From an uncultured cyanobacterium (GTDB lineage Bacteria > Cyanobacteriota > Cyanobacteriia > Cyanobacteriales > CAWUOF01), in NCBI GenBank assembly GCA_963744145.1, contig CAVUSO010000001.1, positions 992,001 through 1,056,000 of the forward strand: DNA of 64,000 nt, read 5' to 3'. Both the position numbers and the translations under genes were made by a program. Below are positions 30,208 to 40,851 of the stretch, in pieces (positions within the stretch are counted from its first letter, which is position 1; each line of letters begins with the position of its first letter). The notes beneath the pieces are model-generated. The model had not been told where the DNA came from and did no database searches. It saw only the letters and a list, made by a program, of their open reading frames with translations.

Positions 30208-31440
30208 TTATCTTGATTGGGCGAGAGATTGATAAATTCGGTGATAGGATTGCACACCATCTTCTAAAGAAAAATAACGGTGGGCAGCAGTCACACAGCG
30301 ATCGCTAATTCCCGTTTCCTCAACCAATTCCAAAAGCTCCTGTACCGCTTTTTTTTGTGCTGTTTCGGTGAACTCGCGCAAAACTACACCTACTTTTTCT
30401 CCTGCTAATATTTGTTCCATATCACCGACTCCAGCATTGCTCAGACAAGGAATTCCACAGCCTAAAAACTCACCCAGCTTGGTTGCTGCCGAGGATAGTT
30501 TGGAAAAAACTGGTTTAATGAAAAATATTCCTGCATCCATCCGACCCATTTCAACCGGAACCTGGGCAGGGGCTACAGTTTTAATCTCTACCCCATCCTC
30601 TATACTGTGAGCTGCCAGTCGTTCCCGGATAAAATTATGTTCGCCCCTATTTAGAATCAGCAGTTTGGCATTTGGTTTAAACTGCCGTAATATTTTAAAA
30701 CACTCTAATGTTGGATCAAATAAATACCATACACCCACCGTGCCTACATAGCCAAGGGTAAAAGGGCGATCGCTGGTTAAATCTGTCTTAGGTAGAGGAC
30801 GAAATCTTTCTAGGTTAGTGCAGGTGGAAATAATTTCAAAAGGCGGAAAATATTCTTTCAGATAGGGAAATTCCCGCATCGCAGCTACACCAGCATGAGT
30901 TAAAGAAACTACTAGATCTGAACGAGTAAGAAATTGGCGTTCAAACCATTTGGCAACTTTATACAATCGGGAATCTTTCCGCCATAAACCACCATCAATT
31001 CGCTCATCTGCCCAGAAACCACGCATATCAAAAATGAACCGAGTACCTAAGAGTTGTTTGAGACTCAGAGCAAGAACCGATGGTACATAGCTGCGAGCGT
31101 GAACAATCTGAATTTGGTGACGTAGGATTAAATAGGTACAGACAATAAATCCCACGGTTAAATCGTAAGAAGTTGCCAGTGTGGTAGGGTGTTTATGATA
31201 TCCCAGAGGTATCCAACGAATCCCAGCATCGCTAACTTCTTCAATCACAGCATTGCGGTTTTTAGTGTTAGCCCAGTCATCTGGTTTTTCATAACTTACC
31301 AAAGTAATTTGATGTTCTTTAGCCAGCAGACGCAGATATTGATAAATCTGAGATTGTCCTAGAGGTTCCATCAAACCATCATAGGAAATATAAAGAACAG
31401 ATATGCCAGATTTCTTATCCATACCGGGTTTTTCAATCAA
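30208..31440 (-). CDS. GT4 glycosyltransferase
   Basis: HARSY, FDMRGFW and TKLGEFLGCGIP motifs. Confidence 0.88.
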   Translation of the reverse strand: MIEKPGMDKKSGISVLYISYDGLMEPLGQSQIYQYLRLLAKEHQITLVSYEKPDDWANTKNRNAVIEEVSDAGIRWIPLGYHKHPTTLATSYDLTVGFIVCTYLILRHQIQIVHARSYVPSVLALSLKQLLGTRFIFDMRGFWADERIDGGLWRKDSRLYKVAKWFERQFLTRSDLVVSLTHAGVAAMREFPYLKEYFPPFEIISTCTNLERFRPLPKTDLTSDRPFTLGYVGTVGVWYLFDPTLECFKILRQFKPNAKLLILNRGEHNFIRERLAAHSIEDGVEIKTVAPAQVPVEMGRMDAGIFFIKPVFSKLSSAATKLGEFLGCGIPCLSNAGVGDMEQILAGEKVGVVLREFTETAQKKAVQELLELVEETGISDRCVTAAHRYFSLEDGVQSYHRIYQSLAQSR

Positions 31441-31451
31441 GACCGATTTAC

Positions 31452-32468
31452 TTATTTACCTTTCTGTCCAATTAGGTTAACTCCAGGATGATTAAGATGC
31501 TGAATATCGATTATTTCAGAATTGGATAGCCATTTTTCTACATCTGGCCGAGTTTGGGGTTGATCGTATTCAGGAGATAGCATATCAAAGGTATCTAAAA
31601 TTGCCCAATCATAACGCTGTTTTAAGGACAGGTCTACCTCATTGACATAATTAGCAATGGGAATGCTAAATCTAAATAATCTGCCAAAAACCGGAAGGCG
31701 GAACAAGACTTCCGTTAGCACAAATAATCCCGGCATAAGCAACTTCAGGCTGGCTAAAAATGCCTTTTTATTGAGCCTTTTTGTCAACGGTCTGATCAGA
31801 TATTTTCCGTTTAGTAATGTCCAAGGTTTTCGCTCATATATAGTCACGGCAATTTTGCCACCAATTTTTAAAACTTTTGGTAAACATTTAGTGGCTGCTT
31901 CTGGATGAGGAGTGTGTTGAATAACTCCTATACAGTAGCAACCATCAAAAACACCAGCACGAAAGGGAAGTTCGTAAATACTTGCTTGCACGAAGTGAAT
32001 ATTTTCGCGATCGCCAAAATTTTCCTTGGCTGCATCCACAGCATTGGTAATATCTACTGCAACTACTTCACAGGAATTTTTTGAGGCAATATCAAGGAAT
32101 CTACCAGCACCACATCCTACCTCTAAAATCCATTTTCCTTTCATCCATTCAGAAGTCCAGCCTGTTTCTGAGTAAAACCGTTTTTCTGATAAGTTTGTCT
32201 GGTTAAAAGAATCAACTTGTTCTAATTTAAACTTATGCCATTGATAGCCAAAAGATGAGGCATAATTATCTTGATTGACAAATCGTGGTATACCTGATTC
32301 AATCGGATATTGATTGGGACAATTACTACACTTAAGATATCCTTCAATTATTTCTTCATTCATGCCCACCATGGTTTGGTTGCAAAAAAGTTCGCTAGCG
32401 CAATGTGGGCAAACTAAAATTTCTAACAGTTTGAGTTTCATAGTATCCTCATTTTTTCTTTCAATCAC
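31452..32468 (-). CDS. SAM methyltransferase with Trm112-like N-terminal domain
   Basis: LLEILVCPHC...LKCSNC..YPIESGIPRF followed by LEVGCGAGR. Confidence 0.85.
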   Translation of the reverse strand: MIERKNEDTMKLKLLEILVCPHCASELFCNQTMVGMNEEIIEGYLKCSNCPNQYPIESGIPRFVNQDNYASSFGYQWHKFKLEQVDSFNQTNLSEKRFYSETGWTSEWMKGKWILEVGCGAGRFLDIASKNSCEVVAVDITNAVDAAKENFGDRENIHFVQASIYELPFRAGVFDGCYCIGVIQHTPHPEAATKCLPKVLKIGGKIAVTIYERKPWTLLNGKYLIRPLTKRLNKKAFLASLKLLMPGLFVLTEVLFRLPVFGRLFRFSIPIANYVNEVDLSLKQRYDWAILDTFDMLSPEYDQPQTRPDVEKWLSNSEIIDIQHLNHPGVNLIGQKGK

Positions 32469-32515
32469 TCAGCAAATTTTGGCCGATTTTATCAATAGGT
32501 TAACTCTGGCAATAC

Positions 32516-33565
32516 TTAATGGTGAATCCAGAGGTAATCGGGGGCAAGAGAAATTCTCGGAAATAGGGCAGATGAAGGATTTTCTACATATATTTCAATC
32601 CCTCTAGGATCAAGAATTTGGCGCTTCATTTCATAGATAATTAGATCAATAGGAACCATAATTGGTAAAGGTTTTAAAGTATCATGGATCTGACCTGGTG
32701 GAGAACTATAAAATGATGCCATGTTAGGATACTGTTGTGGATCTTGATAGAAATAAGCCGGATTATTTAAATCTATTCCACAAAGAACAATGCGCTGATA
32801 ACCGAGTTTGATGGCAAAGGTAATTAGGGCACTTAATGTAGCTCGAAATTTGAAGAGTTTATCGATCTGAGAAGATGGGTGAAAAACATCTGTATTCAGA
32901 AGATAGCGAATATTGGCATCTAGCTCTAATTCATTACGTGCAAAAGCTGAAACGATCGGAACCGCGTACAGATTTTGACGGAACCCATCTGGCAAATCTT
33001 TAATAAAAGATATACGATCTGGATAGAGATCCGTGATAAATTTGATGACGGAAGAGTATTCGGCTTCCTTCTTGGCAACTTCCTCATGGAATACTTTTGC
33101 CATTAATGTTTCTAGTTTGGGACATTCTGGAATCTTATAGTTATAGGATGCTGGTTCAAAGGTATAGAAAGTTGGAATATGCTTGTGGCAAAACCAAAAG
33201 TTAAATCCGATCGAGTCGTGAGATGAAATTATTTGCCATTTGTGAGGGGAAATTTTGTTAATAGAAGAACCACTTCCCAAAATAAAAATAGTATTACTTT
33301 TTTTGACTTTGCTCAAATCTAACTCTTGCAGAAGAGGCATTCCTATTTGACGCCTTGCTTGTTCAAACTGGAGATATTCATACTTGTGTTTGTAAGAAAA
33401 ATGTTTAGCATAATATAATCTCATTGCGAGAGGATAGGGCAGGGTTTTTCCTCGCTCTTTTAAAAATTTGACTAAATCTTCCTGAAATGCAAAACTATTC
33501 ATAGATATCTTTCCTCGGTGATCTGTTTGATTGAAAGTTTCCAGCCTCCAATTATATTTCCTCAA
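32516..33565 (-). CDS. putative CMP-nonulosonate transferase (GT42/Maf-like)
   Basis: IFILGSGSSIN...IGFN...A..LGYQRIVLCGIDL...YFY. Confidence 0.5.
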   Translation of the reverse strand: MRKYNWRLETFNQTDHRGKISMNSFAFQEDLVKFLKERGKTLPYPLAMRLYYAKHFSYKHKYEYLQFEQARRQIGMPLLQELDLSKVKKSNTIFILGSGSSINKISPHKWQIISSHDSIGFNFWFCHKHIPTFYTFEPASYNYKIPECPKLETLMAKVFHEEVAKKEAEYSSVIKFITDLYPDRISFIKDLPDGFRQNLYAVPIVSAFARNELELDANIRYLLNTDVFHPSSQIDKLFKFRATLSALITFAIKLGYQRIVLCGIDLNNPAYFYQDPQQYPNMASFYSSPPGQIHDTLKPLPIMVPIDLIIYEMKRQILDPRGIEIYVENPSSALFPRISLAPDYLWIHH

Positions 33566-33606
33566 TTAGAGTGTGCGATCTGGATGTTTTTCAGTAATTA
33601 CAGAAA

Positions 33607-35412
33607 TTAATCAATGTTGGCCATTGCTTGAAATTCTAAACTTCTAGCAAGTAGTTGATGGTAAGTTCCAGAACAGGAGATTTTACCTGACTGTAAAAAA
33701 TAAAGGCGATCGCACTTTTTCACTGTACTCAAACGATGAGCAATCATAATTATAGTTTTCTCGCCACTTAATCTTTCTAGTGCTTTGGTAATTTCCCTTT
33801 CAGTTTCATTGTCTAAAGCAGCAGTGGCTTCATCCATTACTAATATTTCTGGATCATGATAAAGAGCGCGAGCAATACCAATCCGTTGACGTTGACCTCC
33901 AGAGAGACGAATCCCGCGATCGCCCACCAATGTATCGAGCTGTTCTGGTAAGCTATAAACTAACTCTTTCAGTTGCGCTGCTTCGATCGCTGCCCATACT
34001 TTTTGTTCATCAATTTCCTCGATTGGTAAACCAAAGGCAATATTAGATCGAATAGTATCGTCGGAAAGGTAAATATTCTGAGGAATATAACCGATCTGTC
34101 GTTGCCAACTGTTAAGGTTAGTTTGGATATTTTCACCATCGACCAGAATCTCACCTTGAGTGGGAGTGAGTAATCCTAAAATTAGATCCACCATTGTTGT
34201 TTTTCCAGCTCCTGAAGAGCCAACTAAACCAATAGAGTGAGATTTAGGAATAGATAAAGAGATGCCATTCACTGCCGGATTTTTAGCATTGGGATACTGA
34301 TAGTAAACGTTTTTAATTTCTATAATTTTGTTAAAATCTATAGATTTTTCTACATATTTAGGTACTGGAGGAGTCAAATTTCTAGTTTTTTCTAACGCTA
34401 ATAAGTCGCGATAAATCACATCTACTGAATAACTAAAATAACGAATAGTTGTCAAAGATGCTAAAATCCGGTTAGCTGAGGGCATCAGACGGAAAGCGGC
34501 GATCGCGAATAAGGATAAAGTAGGTAGAATCGATTGCATATTTCTCCCTTGTACCAGCACTACTACGACAATCAAAAGTATGGTAATTACAGCGATACTC
34601 TCTAAAAATAATCTAGGCAAAACGCTAATTGTTTGTACAAATTGAGAAGCAATCGCATATTCACTAGAGTGTGCTGTAAAGGTATTAAGAAAAAATTTTT
34701 CTCGACCTAGAACTTTAACTTCTTTCAATCCTCCCAAACCTTGGTTAATCCATTGAATCATTTTGCTGGAATGGTAGTGTCTGACTTCCCCTAATTTACC
34801 TGTCCGTTTACGAATTAAACTATAAAATCCTACTGTTGCTGTACCAATCACACCTACTGACACAAGAGATGCTAAGGGTTCCATTATAATTAAAAATACT
34901 GCCACAAAAGTAGTAACTAAAAGTTCAGCTAATAAAACTATTCCGGGAATCAAAACATTAATAAACATCACCAGAACTTCGTTGCTGAGGTTGAGAATTA
35001 GTTCAGCTGGATTACGTTCTAGGTGAAAAGTATATGGGCTATAAAGATAGGAACTAAATAAGCGATCAGATAGAGATACTTGCTGATTGAATAAAAATTT
35101 AAATTGCACATATGTTAAAAGACTAAGGTAGATATTTTTGAGAACATAAAATATGATTAAACCGCCAGCTACTAAAATGAGAAATTTTTGGATGGAATCC
35201 ATTCCAGTCAGTTGATATATCCAAAGTAAATACTTATTCTGTTGGATAATTTCTGGTTGGCTAAGTAAATGGACAAATGGTGGAATTAGGCCAATCCCTA
35301 TCATTTCAATTGCTGCGCCTAAGATCATAAGTACAAAAATAGCCCCAGCCTGAATTTGTTCGCGCTGATTGAGTATATAAAGTAGCTTGGGAATAAGTTT
35401 AGCCATGTTCAA
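33607..35412 (-). CDS. ABC exporter (PglK/HepA-like glycan flippase)
   Basis: Six-TM domain plus GSSGAGKT, LSGGQRQR and DEATAALD. Confidence 0.9.
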   Translation of the reverse strand: MNMAKLIPKLLYILNQREQIQAGAIFVLMILGAAIEMIGIGLIPPFVHLLSQPEIIQQNKYLLWIYQLTGMDSIQKFLILVAGGLIIFYVLKNIYLSLLTYVQFKFLFNQQVSLSDRLFSSYLYSPYTFHLERNPAELILNLSNEVLVMFINVLIPGIVLLAELLVTTFVAVFLIIMEPLASLVSVGVIGTATVGFYSLIRKRTGKLGEVRHYHSSKMIQWINQGLGGLKEVKVLGREKFFLNTFTAHSSEYAIASQFVQTISVLPRLFLESIAVITILLIVVVVLVQGRNMQSILPTLSLFAIAAFRLMPSANRILASLTTIRYFSYSVDVIYRDLLALEKTRNLTPPVPKYVEKSIDFNKIIEIKNVYYQYPNAKNPAVNGISLSIPKSHSIGLVGSSGAGKTTMVDLILGLLTPTQGEILVDGENIQTNLNSWQRQIGYIPQNIYLSDDTIRSNIAFGLPIEEIDEQKVWAAIEAAQLKELVYSLPEQLDTLVGDRGIRLSGGQRQRIGIARALYHDPEILVMDEATAALDNETEREITKALERLSGEKTIIMIAHRLSTVKKCDRLYFLQSGKISCSGTYHQLLARSLEFQAMANID

Positions 35413-35610
35413 AATTAGTAATTCAGTAGATACTATGACTAAATATTACCTAAATTAGTTCCCGATGTTTTGAGATGATTTGTCAGATTTTTGCTAATAT
35501 TCGTGTTAGATGATTGCCTAGAAATTATTTGCCAATAATAACAAAAAAACCGGATAATATATACAGAATTAACTTTGCTAATCCGGAACATTCACTGAGC
35601 GAAGTTTGAT

Positions 35611-36660
35611 TTATAATAAGCTCCAGGTCACAGGTGTTCCGGTTTTAGCATCTTGCTTGATTGGTTTTCCTAGTAATGCTTGCTCATACTTTGGTGGTAA
35701 TCCTAGTCCTGGACGTACCGCTCTGAGATTTTCTGAAGTAAAGATATCTCCGGCTTTCATATCCTGGGCTATATATAGCGATCGCCTGTAAATTAAGGAT
35801 TTTTTCTCAGCTTCTGTTTGTCCGTAATGGATCTTACCCAGAGATTGCCAAGCTCGTTCTGTCTCGATTACTAGCGATCGCATTTCAGCGGGTTCCATCG
35901 AAAATGTTGAATCTACACCACCATCAGATCGTTGTAAGGTAAAGTGTTTTTCGATCACTGTAGCACCTAAAGCAACACTAGCGATCGCAACTCCAATTCC
36001 CATCGTGTGATCGGATAGTCCAACTTGCACATTAAACAAGTCCCGGAGATGAGGAATGGTCAGAATATTAGTGTTTTCTGGTGATGCTGGATAAGTGCTA
36101 GTACATTTGAGCAAAACTAAATCTTGACACCCAGCATCCCGCACCGCTTGAACTGTCTCATCTAACTCCGCAACAGTTGCCATTCCAGTCGAGATAATTA
36201 TCGGTTTTTTGGTACTAGCAACTTTGCGAATCAAAGGCAAATCAGTATTTTCAAAAGAGGCTATTTTATAACAAGGTACATCCAGAGATTCTAGAAAATC
36301 AACTGCGGTGCTATCAAAGGGGGTACTGAAACCAATTATTCCCAATTCTTGACAGCGGTTAAAAATTGGTTTGTGCCATTCCCAAGGAGTGTATGCTTGC
36401 TGGTACAGTTTGTACAAAGAGTTACCTTGCCATAAACTATTGGGATCGTCAATATAAAATTCGCCAGTCTCAATATTTAAGGTCATGGTATCAGCAGTAT
36501 AAGTCTGAATTTTTAGAGCCTGTGCCCCAGTGTTTGCTGCTGCTTCAACAATTTCTAAAGCTCTTGCTAATGATTGGTTGTGATTGCCAGACATTTCAGC
36601 AATGACAAAGGGAGGATAATTAGCACCAATTTTTTGATTAGCAATAGTAATCTCTCGCAT
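35611..36660 (-). CDS. pseI: pseudaminic acid synthase
   Basis: IAEMSGNHNQS, AYTPWEWH, KIASFE, SDHT and EKHFTL motifs; SAF domain. Confidence 0.93.
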   Translation of the reverse strand: MREITIANQKIGANYPPFVIAEMSGNHNQSLARALEIVEAAANTGAQALKIQTYTADTMTLNIETGEFYIDDPNSLWQGNSLYKLYQQAYTPWEWHKPIFNRCQELGIIGFSTPFDSTAVDFLESLDVPCYKIASFENTDLPLIRKVASTKKPIIISTGMATVAELDETVQAVRDAGCQDLVLLKCTSTYPASPENTNILTIPHLRDLFNVQVGLSDHTMGIGVAIASVALGATVIEKHFTLQRSDGGVDSTFSMEPAEMRSLVIETERAWQSLGKIHYGQTEAEKKSLIYRRSLYIAQDMKAGDIFTSENLRAVRPGLGLPPKYEQALLGKPIKQDAKTGTPVTWSLL

Positions 36661-36684
36661 CTGCTTACTCCAATAATTAATTGA

Positions 36685-38178
36685 TTAACGGATTTTAACT
36701 AGATGTATAGCTGGCTGGTTTCGCACTATAGTTGGTTCTATATTTTGAAATCCACTTTTGATAAAGGCTCGAATTGATGATTGATTTTCTGGCTTTATGT
36801 AAGCATGAATTTTAGTTATTTCCCCACTATGAAAAAGTTTTTCCGATGCTAGCTGAATTAAAATAATTCCATAGCCATGACCACGAAAATGGCGATCTAT
36901 GCTCAGAGAAACGATCGCTTCATTTTGGTTAATATCATAACGAATTTGACCGACAGGAATATCTTGGTGATTCAGGGCAATATACATAATACAGCTAGGT
37001 TGTGTCAGCTTTTCTTGGAACCATTTAATATGATCTTCCCAAGAAATAGGTTCTGAGGAAAAGGAAACGGCACGCACCTCTGGCTCATTTGCCCATTCCC
37101 AAATCAATTTACTATCATCAGCATCAACTAAGCGAAATTTTAATAATTTGTTTTCTAGATGTTTCAAAACTCGCTTACTTCCTTTACCATCCACTAGCTT
37201 TTGATTTTGTCTGCTTATTTCTATCCGTTGTTCTAGTGTTGTTTGTAATTGGGTGGATACAACTGCGGCTATTTGCTCCATCGAAATATCTTCATGCCAG
37301 CCTAAATTAATGGTTATTCCTATTTCATTTAATTTTTCAGCGATCGCTCGTTGGTTATCAGCCAAAATTAGCATTAAACTCGGTAAACCCATAAAAGCTA
37401 ATTCCCAACAAGTCGATCCACCAGCAGCGATCGCCAGATCAGCCCAAGCCATTAATTCAGGCATATTTCGGACATTATTTTTCAGAGAAATTGGAAACCG
37501 TGACTCTTGTGCAAACAAGCGTAAGTGATCACCGTGGGGATTGTTTCCTCCCACCACAACTATTGCTTCCAGCCCATTTATTTCTACTTGCTGTAATCCT
37601 TGTAGGACTTTAAGCGTTACATTATCGCGATCGCTACCACCTAAAGTAACTAAAATTTTGTGAGCGATCGGCGATATTTTCCGGTGCCATCCCAACCAGG
37701 GCCAAAATTCCTGCCGTAATAGGGTATAGCGAGTTCCTAATAATAGTTGAGTATGAGGTTCTCGGTTCACGTATAAATTTTCATTGGCATAGATATTCTG
37801 ATTTAAAATCAGGTCTGCACAGTAGGATTGTGCGTGTCCGTAATCATCAAGAAACAAAAGATATAATCCAGCTTTTTTGATAATTCGCTGATACTCAGCT
37901 CCAAAATGATAACCATCTACAACAATCCAGCTTGCTGCTACCTGCCGTGCTAAATCTATGGTTTGAATTGCATCTTCAATACTACCTGGTTGAGCTAATA
38001 GATGCACAATTTCCATTCCCTGCGATCGCAAACGTTCAGCTAGTGCTGATGCAACCACATCCATCACAAAAATTGCTTGCCGTCTAGCTTTTTGCCAAAC
38101 CTGAGCCAAAGCTAAACACCGCATCAGGTGACCTGTGCCAATTTGAAGAGAAGCATCTGTCCGAATAATGATTTTCAC
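36685..38178 (-). CDS. pseG: PseG hydrolase fused to GNAT acetyltransferase
   Basis: RTDASLQIGTGHLMRCLALA, VVDGY and AGGSTCWE; C-terminal GNAT with WANEPEVR...FRGHGYG...N..S..AF.K.GF. Confidence 0.88.
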   Translation of the reverse strand: MKIIIRTDASLQIGTGHLMRCLALAQVWQKARRQAIFVMDVVASALAERLRSQGMEIVHLLAQPGSIEDAIQTIDLARQVAASWIVVDGYHFGAEYQRIIKKAGLYLLFLDDYGHAQSYCADLILNQNIYANENLYVNREPHTQLLLGTRYTLLRQEFWPWLGWHRKISPIAHKILVTLGGSDRDNVTLKVLQGLQQVEINGLEAIVVVGGNNPHGDHLRLFAQESRFPISLKNNVRNMPELMAWADLAIAAGGSTCWELAFMGLPSLMLILADNQRAIAEKLNEIGITINLGWHEDISMEQIAAVVSTQLQTTLEQRIEISRQNQKLVDGKGSKRVLKHLENKLLKFRLVDADDSKLIWEWANEPEVRAVSFSSEPISWEDHIKWFQEKLTQPSCIMYIALNHQDIPVGQIRYDINQNEAIVSLSIDRHFRGHGYGIILIQLASEKLFHSGEITKIHAYIKPENQSSIRAFIKSGFQNIEPTIVRNQPAIHLVKIR

Positions 38179-38218
38179 AAGTCAATTTGAGAATGTTTCT
38201 ATTATTAATCTTTACCAA

Positions 38219-38977
38219 CTACAGCCGTACATTTATATTATGTTTTTTGAGAAAACGCTTGGCTTCTAAGGGAGTTTGCTCAGTAAAATGAAACATACTG
38301 GCTGCGGCAACAGCGGATGCGTGACCATCAATTAATGCTGCTGCCATGTGTTCGTAATTACCCGCACCACCAGAGGCAATAACGGGAATAGAAACAGCAT
38401 TACTTACGCATTTTATTAACTCGATATCGTAGCCATTCATCGTTCCATCTAAGTCAATTGATGTGAGGAGAATTTCTCCAGCTCCGAGGGATTCAACCTC
38501 CTTAGCTAAAATTACTGGATCTTTACCAGTAGGCTGTTTACCTGAATGGGTAAACACTTCATAGGTGCCATTAGGTAATTTTTTTGCATCAATTGAAACT
38601 ACCACACATTGAGAGCCGAATTGCTGGGCTACTGACTGAATTAGTTCTGGTGTAGATAACGCTGCTGAGTTAATAGCAACTTTATCAGCACCAACTTGCA
38701 AAAGTTTTCGTACATCTGCAACTGTTTGGATACCACCACCTACAGTTAAAGGCATAAAACATTCATCAGCAATTTCATCAACGGTTTCAAAATCAGGGGA
38801 ACGTCTCTCATTGGTAGCGCTAATATCAAGGAAAATTAACTCATCAACTTCCCGCATATTATAAACTTTGATCGCTTGCATCAGACTACCTATCCGTCGC
38901 CAGCTATCAAAACTTATCCCCTTGACTAAACCAAAATTTTTGAACAATAAAGTTGGCATTACACGGACTTTAAGCAT
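38219..38977 (-). CDS. HisF-like ammonia-tunnel subunit (WbuZ/HisF2)
   Basis: VDELIFLDI, PLTVGGG, SIDLDGTMNG and IASGGAG motifs; glycan-cluster context. Confidence 0.88.
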   Translation of the reverse strand: MLKVRVMPTLLFKNFGLVKGISFDSWRRIGSLMQAIKVYNMREVDELIFLDISATNERRSPDFETVDEIADECFMPLTVGGGIQTVADVRKLLQVGADKVAINSAALSTPELIQSVAQQFGSQCVVVSIDAKKLPNGTYEVFTHSGKQPTGKDPVILAKEVESLGAGEILLTSIDLDGTMNGYDIELIKCVSNAVSIPVIASGGAGNYEHMAAALIDGHASAVAAASMFHFTEQTPLEAKRFLKKHNINVRL

Positions 38978-38989
38978 ATTAGCTACATC

Positions 38990-39607
38990 CTAAAGGGCAA
39001 GAAAATTTTTGAGGAGTTGAAATCCTAACTTCTGGCTTTTTTCCGGATGAAATTGAACTCCGAAAATATTATTTCTCCTTATTGCTGAAGCAAAACCACC
39101 ACAATAAGAGGTAGAAGCGATCACTTCCTGCTGATGATTGCAGGAAAAATGGTAGCTGTGGACAAAATAAAAATCTTTACCAGAAGGAATATTTTGAAAC
39201 AAAGGTGAGGGCTGGTTGAAGATAACTTCATTCCAGCCGACGTGAGGAATACGCACATCAGGATGGTTAGATTCTAGTCGTTTTACTTCTCCATCAATCC
39301 AACCTAAACCTTCAGTTTCTCCACCTTCCCAACCTTTGCTAGCAAGTAGTTGCATCCCTAAACAAATCCCGAGAAAGGGAATGTTTTTTTCGAGAACTTG
39401 TTCTCGTAATATATCTTCTAAGCCATAACTACGAATATTTTTCATCCCGATGGGAAATGCACCCACTCCGGGCATAATTATGTAGTTTGCTAGTTCAAAA
39501 TCACGAGCTTCACGGGTAATCACTGCATCACATCCACATTCCTGAACAGCACGAGCTACAGAATCTAAATTACCCATTCCATAATCCGCGATCGCAACTT
39601 TCTTCAT
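38990..39607 (-). CDS. HisH-like glutaminase (WbuY/HisH2)
   Basis: GICLGMQ, PHVGWN, YFVHSY and QFHPEKS motifs. Confidence 0.9.
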   Translation of the reverse strand: MKKVAIADYGMGNLDSVARAVQECGCDAVITREARDFELANYIIMPGVGAFPIGMKNIRSYGLEDILREQVLEKNIPFLGICLGMQLLASKGWEGGETEGLGWIDGEVKRLESNHPDVRIPHVGWNEVIFNQPSPLFQNIPSGKDFYFVHSYHFSCNHQQEVIASTSYCGGFASAIRRNNIFGVQFHPEKSQKLGFQLLKNFLAL

Positions 39608-39609
39608 AG

Positions 39610-40824
39610 TTATACCTGCAAAATTTTGGCTGTTTTTGAGTTCCCCTGCATATCGGGTTTAGGCTCTGAACCAATTAAGTTGTCATAATTAATTTTCGTT
39701 AGATTCCCCTGTTTGTCTTTGACTAAATTACCTCGGCTATCACAGACAAACAACTTCTTGTTAGTAAAGCGATCGCAGATTTTGATGAACTCTTCCACAG
39801 TCATATCAATCTCCTTGAGAATCTCTTCCAGGGGACATCCTAAATAACTCCAAGGAAATTTGCCATCGTGGATTTTAACTAGGTTAACAGCATCTTTTCG
39901 GTAAAGCCGTCCGCGCCGAATATGTAAGCAAGCTAAGTCCGTGGCTCGTCCAAAGCCGTATTTGAGAAATTTGAAGTAATCATGTATTCCTGTATGACAG
40001 TTATCTAAGTTTTCGTAGTTAACTAAGGAACCTTCAATTGTCTTGTGATAAGTTTCAAAACCATGTGCTTGAGCATAAAGAGCATTGTGATAGCCATCCC
40101 AAGGTAGATAGTAACCCAAAAATAGCCCTGTTACTCCCACTTTTTCCAATTCTTGATCAGAAGGATATCGATACTGAATCAGGTCTTTTGCTTCAATCCC
40201 ATCCTGTCCAATCAAATCAGAAACTCTCAAACCTAAAAGTCCACCGAACTCTTCTAACCATCTGCGGGTGAGTGTATTGTTTTTTGCCGCACCAGCCGGA
40301 CCACCATACTCGTGCTGCGGGTTTTCTCCCCAGATAATCAGCGGAATATTGAGTTGTACGGCCAGCCTAACAGGTATAGTAAATATAGTTACATGTTCTG
40401 GCCAAGAAATATCTCCAACTTGAGTTAGTGTCAGACGGTTAATTTTTCGGCGTACTATGGAATTAGTTGTGACCTCAATGTAGTCTACTCCAAGATTTTT
40501 GAGATTTTCAATATTACGCCGTCCAATTTCAGACAATTTATCTGTTGTGGCGGTAATACATAGTGGATTCATCCCCATTTCTAGGATTTTTAAGACCTGG
40601 TAATGGCTGTCTTTACCACCGCTAACAGGGATAATACAGTCATAGTTACTGCCATCTTTAGAACGGTAACGATCTAGAATACTAAACAATTCTTCTTTGC
40701 GTAAATCCCAGTCAACCGCTTGCCGTTTTTCAAAATAGTAACAAGCGCTACAAACCCCATTCTCATGAATCAATAAATCCGGTTTTGTTTCTGGCATCAC
40801 ACAGCAAGTACAGTACCTAATCAT
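39610..40824 (-). CDS. N-acetyl sugar amidotransferase (WbuX/PseA-like)
   Basis: YCTCCVMP.T.P, PP-loop SGGKDS and KYGFGRAT motifs. Confidence 0.9.
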   Translation of the reverse strand: MIRYCTCCVMPETKPDLLIHENGVCSACYYFEKRQAVDWDLRKEELFSILDRYRSKDGSNYDCIIPVSGGKDSHYQVLKILEMGMNPLCITATTDKLSEIGRRNIENLKNLGVDYIEVTTNSIVRRKINRLTLTQVGDISWPEHVTIFTIPVRLAVQLNIPLIIWGENPQHEYGGPAGAAKNNTLTRRWLEEFGGLLGLRVSDLIGQDGIEAKDLIQYRYPSDQELEKVGVTGLFLGYYLPWDGYHNALYAQAHGFETYHKTIEGSLVNYENLDNCHTGIHDYFKFLKYGFGRATDLACLHIRRGRLYRKDAVNLVKIHDGKFPWSYLGCPLEEILKEIDMTVEEFIKICDRFTNKKLFVCDSRGNLVKDKQGNLTKINYDNLIGSEPKPDMQGNSKTAKILQV

Positions 40825-40851
40825 TAGTAAAACTCCTTTATTGGTAAAAAA

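Noticed and set aside
38219-39607. hisF/hisH as histidine biosynthesis genes
   Set aside because: They sit next to a WbuX-like amidotransferase inside a glycan cluster, so they are the ammonia-supplying paralogs.
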